Assembly (NCBI GenBank): GCA_016212465.1
Contig: JACRGE010000017.1
Location: 1-58,210, forward strand
Reading direction: 5' to 3'
DNA: 58,210 nucleotides
Origin: Candidatus Micrarchaeota archaeon
GTDB taxonomy: Archaea > Micrarchaeota > Micrarchaeia > Norongarragalinales > JACRGE01
Part shown: positions 38,057 to 46,296 of the stretch, in pieces
How positions within the stretch are numbered: the first letter of the stretch is position 1
How the letters are laid out: every line of letters begins with the position of its first letter
Notes under the pieces: generated by a model
What the model saw: the letters and a program-made list of their open reading frames with translations, nothing else
The model's database searches: none
What the model was told of the DNA's origin: nothing
Program-made: the position numbers and the translations under genes

Positions 38057-40297
38057 ATGGATTTTCACAAAGTGTTTCAAAACAAGCGAGCCGTCGATTT
38101 TGCAGTAATATTGATTTTCGGCACCATCCCATTTATTGCTACTGGCTGGAACGGTTTCATTAACCCCATTGATCAGGACCATCCCTTCTTCGTTTTGGAT
38201 TTCGTAAAGTCCTTGTTTTACATCTGGAACGGCTCTATGGGCTTTGGTCTAGACGCGTCGTTTTCTTTCTCTCATTTCCTTCCCTACGTTCTCCCACTGG
38301 CGTTTCTGAACATCTTCTTTTCTCCTGAGCTGGCTCAAAGGATCTTCTTTATTTTCTTTTTCTCGCTTGGGGGGTGGTCTATGTATTATCTTTTGTCCCA
38401 ACTCTTGGTTCACCGGTACAGTCGTTGGGCCTGTCTTTCTTCCGCATTGTTCTACATGTACAACCCATATAGCATAAATGGAATATTGCGGCATGGATTC
38501 CCCTATGCTGTTCTAAGCATTGTCTCCCTTCCACTACTTCTTGGATTGTATATCGCAGGCTTGAAAAGTAAAAAAAATGCTTTTGCTTATGCAGTTGCAA
38601 TAGGCTTGGTTTCTCTACTCCAGGTTACTGTGAATCCTCAGTGGACGATTAATCAGATGTTTATTCTTTTGTTTTTCTTGGTTTTTTATCTGCTATCCCA
38701 AAACTCAAGAGATGAGAGAAAAAAGGCTTTGAAGTTTACTGCCACTTGCATTGTTCTAGCGCTTATAGTCAATTCTTTTTGGGAGCTGCCACTGCTGGCA
38801 TCCTTGGACTACCACCTGAAATTTCATACGGCCTCCATTAACTTCACCCAGATTCTTGAAAAGCATAGCATGATGTATCCTCCTAGTGGCGTGGTACGGC
38901 AATGGGTGCAAGGATTTTATTACGAAGATTATTATCAGTCCAATGCCAGCATAGTGGTTGGTTTTTTCCTTGTTGTTATTGCTTTTTCAGCGCTCCTCTT
39001 CATGTATACCCCATATACCTTATTCTTTTCTCTTTCTTCAGTGATTTTCTTCTTTCTTACTCTTGGCATCAACTCCCCCCTCAGGGGAATCTACAAATTC
39101 ATTTTCAATCTGCCTTACGGAATAGCGATATTTCCATATGAGCCCCTCAATTTCATCCGTTTTTTTGTGCTTTGCATGGCGGTTTTGCTTGGATTTTCAG
39201 TTGCCGGAGTATCTGATTTCATACGATCAAGGTTTGAAAACCCTCTTCTTACAAAGATTTTTTTTGTTGGTGTGGTTTTGTTAATATTGGCTAACTCCTG
39301 GCCTATGCTTACTGGGGATCTTACGGGCAACATTAAGCCGGTTGAAATTCCAAAAGATTATTATTCTGCTCGGACTTTTCTTTCACGACAAAAGGAGGAC
39401 TTTCGGGTTTTTGTGACTCCGCCACCGCATTGGTTTGTTTACACGAAATACTCATGGGCTCCCTACGCTATGGTAGACGTGTCCTTTAGTTTTCTTGAGA
39501 GGCCCGTTGTTGCAGACCTGCCTACCTCTGGAATTGACGAAATGCAGATAATAAGACTCTATGAATCTTCCTTGTACCAGAATAGATCGCCTCGTTTGGG
39601 CAAACTGCTGGCATTAATGAACATCAAGTACGTTTTGTTCAGGAGAGACGTTGATATAGGCGGAATGGGCCGTTCCCGCCAATACGATCCCGAGATTCTT
39701 TTCAACTCGTTGAGAAGCCAGGAGAACTTGGAGCTTGAAGAAAACTTTGGAAATCTTTATTTTTTCAAGAATGAATGGTACGCCCCCAAGATTTATGCGA
39801 CAACGCGCTTCTTAATGGTGAACAAAACAGAAGAATTGCTGAGCTTCATTGAAAGCAGGGACTTCATTCCCCAAGACCAAGTAATCCTTGGAAACTACGC
39901 TCGCCACCCGCCTAAAATTCCTCCAGTTGAAAACAGTGTCTTCATATCCTATAAAAAAATCAGCCCCACCCATTACGTAGTCACTGTCAATGCCACCTCG
40001 CCATTTTATCTCGTTTTCAATGAAAATTTCCACGGTTACTGGAAGGCCTACATAACCGAAAAAAACAGGATTCTAGGCGTTCCTGAAGTCTTTTGGGCGC
40101 AGTCAATATCAGAAGAAGATCATTATCCAGTGAATACCTATGCGAACGCATGGTTCATTGATAAGACGGGGTCGTACACCCTAAACCTGTATTACTTCCC
40201 CCAAGCGCTTTATGTTGTCGGAATTCTTGTAAGTGCCGCTGCTGTTATACTCTGCGTCGTTTACCTCGTTTTTACTTCTGCTTTTAGACATAAGTAA
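38057..40297 (+). CDS. Large polytopic GT-C-like membrane protein (paralog A), possibly a glycosyl/oligosaccharyl transferase
   Basis: About 13 TM helices with an acidic first loop (NPIDQDH), then a ~300 aa soluble domain and a final TM anchor. Shares collinear blocks with 46297-48480 (IPKDYYSARTFL / YPKDYYALEKFL; MNIKYVLFRRD / INVKYVVLAKE). Confidence 0.55.
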   Translation: MDFHKVFQNKRAVDFAVILIFGTIPFIATGWNGFINPIDQDHPFFVLDFVKSLFYIWNGSMGFGLDASFSFSHFLPYVLPLAFLNIFFSPELAQRIFFIFFFSLGGWSMYYLLSQLLVHRYSRWACLSSALFYMYNPYSINGILRHGFPYAVLSIVSLPLLLGLYIAGLKSKKNAFAYAVAIGLVSLLQVTVNPQWTINQMFILLFFLVFYLLSQNSRDERKKALKFTATCIVLALIVNSFWELPLLASLDYHLKFHTASINFTQILEKHSMMYPPSGVVRQWVQGFYYEDYYQSNASIVVGFFLVVIAFSALLFMYTPYTLFFSLSSVIFFFLTLGINSPLRGIYKFIFNLPYGIAIFPYEPLNFIRFFVLCMAVLLGFSVAGVSDFIRSRFENPLLTKIFFVGVVLLILANSWPMLTGDLTGNIKPVEIPKDYYSARTFLSRQKEDFRVFVTPPPHWFVYTKYSWAPYAMVDVSFSFLERPVVADLPTSGIDEMQIIRLYESSLYQNRSPRLGKLLALMNIKYVLFRRDVDIGGMGRSRQYDPEILFNSLRSQENLELEENFGNLYFFKNEWYAPKIYATTRFLMVNKTEELLSFIESRDFIPQDQVILGNYARHPPKIPPVENSVFISYKKISPTHYVVTVNATSPFYLVFNENFHGYWKAYITEKNRILGVPEVFWAQSISEEDHYPVNTYANAWFIDKTGSYTLNLYYFPQALYVVGILVSAAAVILCVVYLVFTSAFRHK

Positions 40298-40369
40298 ATT
40301 CTGATGCGGTCAGCCATCCTCAGAGATGAGACGCGGCTGGCAAAAAAATCTTTAAGTCTATCAGAAGCA

Positions 40370-40777
40370 TTAGTCGATTACAGGGTAATTGTGCAGGTCT
40401 TTTATTTTCTCTTTGAATGGCACGCTACTGTACTCGACGAAAGTTAGAGTGCCCTCGCCAATGTTTTTCAAGCCGTGGGAAACAAAGGGGGGGATTTCAA
40501 CTAGAACGAAATTGTCGTCGCCCATCTTGATTTCCATGCGTTCGCCGCTCTTTACGTCGACAAGCGCCATCAGGCCCCTTCCCTCTAGCACGCATGCCCA
40601 GTCTCTGGTAATCTTGTGGTAGTGGTTTCCCCTCACGAAACCCGGCTTGCAGGTGGAGGCTATGATGACTCCAAAGCGGTTCGTTTCAATTTCATCCACC
40701 ATTTTAACGAACCAGCCTCGCTCATCAACGGATTTCTCAAGTTTCTTTACCTTTATAAGTTCTGAAATTCCCTGCAT
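40370..40777 (-). CDS. Cupin-fold sugar-nucleotide isomerase/epimerase-like protein (WxcM/FdtA-like)
   Basis: DERGWFVK...VRGNHYHKITRDWACVLEG...IPPFVSHGLKNIGE is typical of RmlC-like cupins found in deoxysugar pathways. Confidence 0.6.
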   Translation of the reverse strand: MQGISELIKVKKLEKSVDERGWFVKMVDEIETNRFGVIIASTCKPGFVRGNHYHKITRDWACVLEGRGLMALVDVKSGERMEIKMGDDNFVLVEIPPFVSHGLKNIGEGTLTFVEYSSVPFKEKIKDLHNYPVID

Positions 40778-40847
40778 TTTAAAACCTTTTTTAAGTTAGT
40801 AAATAAAACATTATAGTATTTAATTGGCTTTCTTTTCCGGTGGGCTT

Positions 40848-41963
40848 ATGACGAGACACATCCCTATAGGCAAGCCTCTTCTCGGCGTGGAAGAAATACG
40901 ATCCGTCTTGAAGGTTTTAGAAAGCGGCGTGTTGAGTGTACCCAGCACCTCTGGGGGGCCAATGATTCAAGCTTTTGAAAAAACCTTGGCTGAGTATGTG
41001 AGATGCAAGCACGCGATTGCCGTAAACTCAGGCACTTCTGCGTTGTCGGTTTCGCTCATGGCATTGGGCGTCAAAGCTGGCGACGAGGTCATCGTTCCAT
41101 CTTTCACCTACGGCGCGACTGCAAACACAGTCCTGCTGCTTGGCGCAAAACCCCTTTTCATTGACATTGACCCAAAAACCTACAACATGGACCCTGATTT
41201 AATCGAGGCGAAAATCACTGGAAGAACGAAAGCAATTGTACCCGTTCACTTGTTCGGCCTTTGCGCAGACATGGACTTGATTAACGAAATCGCCGCGATA
41301 CACGGACTGCATGTCATCGAGGATGCTGCACAAGCGCTGGGCTCCGAGTACAAGGGAAAGAAAGCTGGAAATCTGGGAGATGTGGGTTGCTTCAGCTTTT
41401 ACCCGGGGAAGGTGATGACCACAGGAGAAGGCGGCGCCATCACAACCAACAATGACGAACTTGCGTTGAGGATGCGGATGATTAGAAACCACGGCCAGGA
41501 AAAGGCTTATGAGTTCGCGGTTTTGGGAAGTAACTACAGGATGCCCGAAATGGAAGCAGCCATTGGAGTAGAACAGTTGAAGAAACTACCCTCATTTCTT
41601 GAAGCGAGAAGAAACAACGCCCGAAGGTTAGGTGAAACGTTGCAATTCGTTTCATCCCTTACTCTTCCCTTCGAGAATGAATTATTCAAGCACAACTGGT
41701 ATCTCTATACTATAAAGTTGGATGCGTCGATTGACAGGGATACTGTTGTGCAGAAGCTTAATGCCGACGGAATAGAGGCGCGGGTTTATTACTCCGCGCC
41801 AGTTCACACAACGCCCCTTTACAGGAGGTTGGGTTTCGCAACCGAGCACCTGCCGTTCACGATGGAAGCATCGAAAAGCATATTTTCGCTGCCCGTTCAT
41901 CCCGGCGTTTCACCACAAGACGTGGATTTCATGACTGGTGCTGTTAAAAAAATTCTCGGTTAA
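40848..41963 (+). CDS. DegT/DnrJ/EryC1/StrS-family sugar aminotransferase
   Basis: IPIGKPLLGVEE..., AVNSGTSAL, FSFYPGKVMTTGEGGAITTN (PLP Lys block). Start at the ATG after GGTGGG. Confidence 0.85.
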   Translation: MTRHIPIGKPLLGVEEIRSVLKVLESGVLSVPSTSGGPMIQAFEKTLAEYVRCKHAIAVNSGTSALSVSLMALGVKAGDEVIVPSFTYGATANTVLLLGAKPLFIDIDPKTYNMDPDLIEAKITGRTKAIVPVHLFGLCADMDLINEIAAIHGLHVIEDAAQALGSEYKGKKAGNLGDVGCFSFYPGKVMTTGEGGAITTNNDELALRMRMIRNHGQEKAYEFAVLGSNYRMPEMEAAIGVEQLKKLPSFLEARRNNARRLGETLQFVSSLTLPFENELFKHNWYLYTIKLDASIDRDTVVQKLNADGIEARVYYSAPVHTTPLYRRLGFATEHLPFTMEASKSIFSLPVHPGVSPQDVDFMTGAVKKILG

Positions 41964-41978
41964 CGCAGGTGGTGTTTT

Positions 41979-42953
41979 ATGAGAGTGCTTGTCACGGGTG
42001 CAGCAGGCCTTTACGGCGTTCACACCGTCGAACGATTGTGCAAGAGGGACGACGTAGAGAGAGTAATCGGAGTAGACGACCTTTCAAGGAATTTCCTCGA
42101 TACGGACCCCTTCCAGCTCGTTGACTCGCCGGAAGTTCGGGAAAAGTTCGAGTTCATCAAAATGGACTTCCGCGGACTGGACAATATCCTCCTGAACAAG
42201 CTCGACGTAGATGTGGTCATTCACTACGCAGCCTACGTCTCGATTCCTGAATCCATGGAAGTGCCCGACAAGTACTTCGAGGTCAACGAGCTTGGCACGT
42301 TCAATCTCTGTCAAAACCTGCTTGCAACCCGCAACCAGCCCTTTCTCATTTATGCGTCTTCTCCCGAAGTTTACGGCACGCCTATAATGAAGCCAATGGA
42401 CATCGACCATCCCATGTATCCACGCAGCTTCTATGCCGTTACAAAGCTGGCTGCGGAAAAGCACTGCCATGTGCTCCACCAGTGGTACAACTATCCCGTT
42501 GCCATCGTGCGCAACTTCAACACGTTCGGCGAAAACCAGAACGTTTGGAGCTATTCGGCTGTAATCTGCAATTTCATAATGCGCGCCTTGAGGAATGAGC
42601 CGCTCATAATCCACAACGACGGCAGGCAAACGCGCGATTTTCTTTACGTGAAGGATGCGGTGCGCGCCTACGAAATGATCGTCGAGAAAAGAAAGCAGTG
42701 CAAAGGGGAAATATTCAACATCGGCACCGGCAAGGAAACTTCCATTAGCGACTTGGCAGACATAATCATAAGACTGACGCACTCGCACTCGGGCAAGGAA
42801 TATTCCGCAGGAAGGTCTGCGGACCTGGCCGGGTTGTGCGCAGACATTTCAAGGGCTAGAGAAAAGATTGGCTGGATGCCAGAGTATTCCCTCGAAGACG
42901 GTCTGTTGAGGACAATCGACTGGTATAGTAAATACGTCCAGAAAGGCGCTTGA
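41979..42953 (+). CDS. NAD-dependent NDP-sugar dehydratase/epimerase (extended SDR)
   Basis: MRVLVTGAAGLYGVHTV, YAVTKLAAEK (YxxxK), about 324 aa. The long antisense ORF 42084-42788 is a GC artefact. Confidence 0.75.
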   Translation: MRVLVTGAAGLYGVHTVERLCKRDDVERVIGVDDLSRNFLDTDPFQLVDSPEVREKFEFIKMDFRGLDNILLNKLDVDVVIHYAAYVSIPESMEVPDKYFEVNELGTFNLCQNLLATRNQPFLIYASSPEVYGTPIMKPMDIDHPMYPRSFYAVTKLAAEKHCHVLHQWYNYPVAIVRNFNTFGENQNVWSYSAVICNFIMRALRNEPLIIHNDGRQTRDFLYVKDAVRAYEMIVEKRKQCKGEIFNIGTGKETSISDLADIIIRLTHSHSGKEYSAGRSADLAGLCADISRAREKIGWMPEYSLEDGLLRTIDWYSKYVQKGA

Positions 42954-43046
42954 ATGTTCCTCGGACTCGATGCTGAAGAAATAACAATCTACAAGCTTTC
43001 GTTTTGAGCTTAAATAAATAAATTTCCTGAATTATTTGGTGAAGGA

Positions 43047-43772
43047 ATGCCAGTTTCAAGTCCTGAACAGGAGAGAGTTGAACGTCTCGGTGAATCCATT
43101 AACTACACCGCTGGATTCAACGAAAAAAACAGCGAGTTTATTTCCCGCGAGGCGGCGCATTTTTATGGGGGCGATTCGTGTCTGGTACTGGGTCCCTCAG
43201 AGTCGGGCGAGTTCGAGAAGACGCTTTCCTCTCATTTCAAGAGAGTAGTCTGCGTAGACGGTTCCTCCCGTATAATCAATGAGCTTAGGCGAAAGCTTCC
43301 CGCATACGAATACAATATTTCCTTGTTCGAGGACATACAAATTGAGGAAAAATTTGATGTAATACTCCTTATGCATGTACTTGAACACGTACGCGATCCC
43401 CAGCAGATCCTTTCGCTATGCAAGAAGTGGCTGGCGAAGGAGGGGGTGGTGATAGTAGCAACGCCCAACGCATATTCGATCAACAGACTGCTTGGTGTGA
43501 AAATGGGCCTTCTTTCTGAAGCCCACGAACTGCACGAGAATGACTTGCGGATTGGCCACAGGCGCGTATATGATTTTGATTCCCTTGAGAGGGATATTAA
43601 GGCGGCCGGTTTCACCGTAGTTGAAAAGCAGGGGGTTTTGTTCAAACCTTTCCCTAATTCCCAAATGGAGTTGTTGAGCAACGGGCAGATTGAGGGGTTG
43701 TACCTTCTCGGCAAGGACTTCCCCAATTATTGCAATAGTTTGTTTTTTGTCATTAAACCCAATGAGCTTTGA
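43047..43772 (+). CDS. Class I SAM-dependent methyltransferase
   Basis: DVILLMHVLEHVRDPQQIL and LAKEGVVIVATPN are typical of Methyltransf_11/23-type enzymes. Confidence 0.65.
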   Translation: MPVSSPEQERVERLGESINYTAGFNEKNSEFISREAAHFYGGDSCLVLGPSESGEFEKTLSSHFKRVVCVDGSSRIINELRRKLPAYEYNISLFEDIQIEEKFDVILLMHVLEHVRDPQQILSLCKKWLAKEGVVIVATPNAYSINRLLGVKMGLLSEAHELHENDLRIGHRRVYDFDSLERDIKAAGFTVVEKQGVLFKPFPNSQMELLSNGQIEGLYLLGKDFPNYCNSLFFVIKPNEL

Positions 43773-44009
43773 TATTGAAAAAAGTTTTCTTGGACTTTTC
43801 TTCTAGGGGAGTTTTATGGACGATGACCTCTCGCTGCTGAAGTAACAATCTTCAAGGAACTTTTATCAAAAAGCAGTTCATTGATTACTGAAAAAGAATG
43901 AACGGAACAATATGCAGAGTAAACCATTTGGCAACGAAAACCGTATCGTCTTTGATTATTCTACTCGGCGTTCACGGAAATCGAAGAGACTCAAAGCAGA
44001 GATGTTTTA

Positions 44010-44945
44010 ATGAAAACAATACTCATTACGGGAGTCGGAAGCGCAGGCGCTCAAAATATCGTAAAAGCCTTCCGGAAATCCGAGGAGGAAACACGCTTTA
44101 TTGGAATTGATTGCGATGCCATTAATGCAGGTAAGTTCCTCGTTGATAAGTTCATACCAGGGCCTTCGGCAAAAGACCCCAAATTCTATGAAAAGATAAC
44201 CTCTATCCTCGAGGAATCAAAACCAGATCTTTTAATACCCGTAGCGCCTCCAGAACTTCCAATACTGGCCCTCTACAAGAATGAGCTTGAAAAAAAAACT
44301 AAGGTACTGATCTCAGACTATGAGACCATAAACTTATTTTCCTCAAAAAAAAGAACCCTTGACTTCTTCATAAAAATAGGCGTCCCTAATGAAGGATACT
44401 ATAGACGCTTGTCAGAGATAAAATTTCCCGCATTCGCAAAGCTTGACGGAAGCTCTGGCTCCTTCGATTCAATGAAAATTATGGATAAAGAGGATCTTGA
44501 TTATTACCTTAAAAAATTTCCAGAATCAATAATAATGCCATTTATACGGGGGACTGAATATTCCGTTGATTGCTTCTGCGACAAAGACGGAGACCTTGTG
44601 GGTTTTGTCCCCCGAAGGAGAATTCAGGTGAAAGCGGGTGTCGCGACGAAAGGAATCACTGAAGAAATAAATAACCTTGAAAACCACTTGAAGAAAATCA
44701 CGAAAAGCATAGAGCTGATAGGACCATTCAACTTGCAGTTATTCGTAAAAGAAGATGGTTCGTTATCCTTCTTTGAAATAAACCCGAGGATCGGTGGTTC
44801 TTTCATACACTCAATAGAAGCTGGGCTTGATATCGCACAGTACATCATTGATTTCATCAACGACAAGAAAAGCAAGCCACTTACCAGCTTTAAAAAGAGG
44901 CTCATAATGGTGCGTTCATGGCAAGAGCATTACGAAGAAGCATAA
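44010..44945 (+). CDS. ATP-grasp domain ligase
   Basis: MKTILITGVGSAGAQNIV pre-ATP-grasp domain and the C-terminal FFEINPRIGGS motif. Confidence 0.7.
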   Translation: MKTILITGVGSAGAQNIVKAFRKSEEETRFIGIDCDAINAGKFLVDKFIPGPSAKDPKFYEKITSILEESKPDLLIPVAPPELPILALYKNELEKKTKVLISDYETINLFSSKKRTLDFFIKIGVPNEGYYRRLSEIKFPAFAKLDGSSGSFDSMKIMDKEDLDYYLKKFPESIIMPFIRGTEYSVDCFCDKDGDLVGFVPRRRIQVKAGVATKGITEEINNLENHLKKITKSIELIGPFNLQLFVKEDGSLSFFEINPRIGGSFIHSIEAGLDIAQYIIDFINDKKSKPLTSFKKRLIMVRSWQEHYEEA

Positions 44946-45523
44946 TACTGGACTTTGATGGGACAATAGTAGATTATAGGGAGCGTTTTTACCAAGCATA
45001 CTGCAACTTCGCAAAAAAACCCTTAGACTGCAAAACATTCTGGGGATTGAGAGCACAAAACAAGAAGATGGCTGAGCTATTGGACTCGCCCCATTTCCTA
45101 AAAGATTTTGATATGGCCTTGGAGTCGCCTGACTTGCTACAAGAAGACAAATTACTCTGCCCTCCCGAATTTTTGCACGCCCTCAAGAAAAAATATAATC
45201 TAGTCGTTATTACTAACCGAAAGAATGAAAAAGCATTGCTTTTGCAAATAAATACCTTGGGAATTCAAGATTGTTTTTCTGAGATAATGACAACAGCAGA
45301 CCTTGATAAACAAGCAATTATCTCACAATATTCAAAAAAAGATGTCGTTGTCGGAGACTCTGAAGAAGAAATAATTGCAGGTAACAAATCAGGGTTGATT
45401 ACTATAGGCGTTCTTTCAGGATTAAGAACTAGAGAACAACTGTTAAAGGCAAATCCGCGGGTTATAATAGAATCAATAATGGAATTGCCAAAAGTGCTTG
45501 AAGGCCTTGACTTCTTGGTGTGA
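44918..45523 (+). CDS. HAD-superfamily hydrolase/phosphatase
   Basis: IILDFDGTIVD (DxDxT) and VVGDSEEEIIAGNKSG (motif IV). 28-nt overlap with the ATP-grasp gene. Confidence 0.7.
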   Translation: MARALRRSIILDFDGTIVDYRERFYQAYCNFAKKPLDCKTFWGLRAQNKKMAELLDSPHFLKDFDMALESPDLLQEDKLLCPPEFLHALKKKYNLVVITNRKNEKALLLQINTLGIQDCFSEIMTTADLDKQAIISQYSKKDVVVGDSEEEIIAGNKSGLITIGVLSGLRTREQLLKANPRVIIESIMELPKVLEGLDFLV

Positions 45524-45671
45524 AATCGCTGCCTTTTGAGCGCAGGTATTAGATCCTTCCCTATTTATGTACTTAGAAAAAAGGATGTAGTATCTTAAAT
45601 TAAAATAAACTCCTCTCTCGGGAATGTTCAAAATACTACCGAACGCGTTTTCATTATTATTTTTTTTAAAA

Positions 45672-46244
45672 TCAGTAGTCTTCTAGACAGTACCCCTCTC
45701 TCGTAGTTGGTAATTTCGCTATTTTTATTAGCGTACTAGCTAGAATCAAAAAAATAGCCACTTCAACGTAAAAATCTGAACTTCTCTTTTCATGTTGAAT
45801 TAGAAAAAACGCACCCAAACCAAAAAGCAAAAGAGCGAGTATAACTAGCACATCCGCAATATTGGCGGCCAGCATTCTCCAAAGCTTTACTAATAGTTCA
45901 CCCCCTTGGAGAAACCTATTAATTTTTTCCTCGTATAAAAAAACTGCTTCCCTGGTATTATTTCTTAGCGTTAGTCTTAACTCATCCAAAGTATCCCGGT
46001 AGGTATATTTGAGGTTATACGCCAGTCTTGGCGCATACGATGATGTTACAGCTTTTCTTAATACCCACAAGAATATACCAGCTAAAAAAACAATCACAAA
46101 AAGAAGAAAAAAAGTATTAGCAAGTCTTAATCGATGCGTGTCAATGGCTATGAGGTATGCAAAAAGGAAGATAATCGCATTTAGGAGAATTATACGGTGA
46201 GGCAAGAAATTCAATATTTTTAATAGTGTGGAAGCCATATCCAT
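45672..46244 (-). CDS. Four-helix membrane protein, unknown function
   Basis: Only hydrophobicity is recognisable. Transcribed divergently from GT-C paralog B. Confidence 0.4.
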   Translation of the reverse strand: MDMASTLLKILNFLPHRIILLNAIIFLFAYLIAIDTHRLRLANTFFLLFVIVFLAGIFLWVLRKAVTSSYAPRLAYNLKYTYRDTLDELRLTLRNNTREAVFLYEEKINRFLQGGELLVKLWRMLAANIADVLVILALLLFGLGAFFLIQHEKRSSDFYVEVAIFLILASTLIKIAKLPTTREGYCLEDY

Positions 46245-46296
46245 AATAAGGTCTTCTAGATATTTATTTGCTCTTCATGCCTCGAGGCGGTGGTGG

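Noticed and set aside
42084-42788. 234-aa ORF antisense to the SDR dehydratase gene
   Set aside because: It lies entirely inside a well-supported sense gene with clear SDR motifs, in the most GC-rich part of the window where long antisense ORFs arise by chance. It has no motifs and an odd composition.
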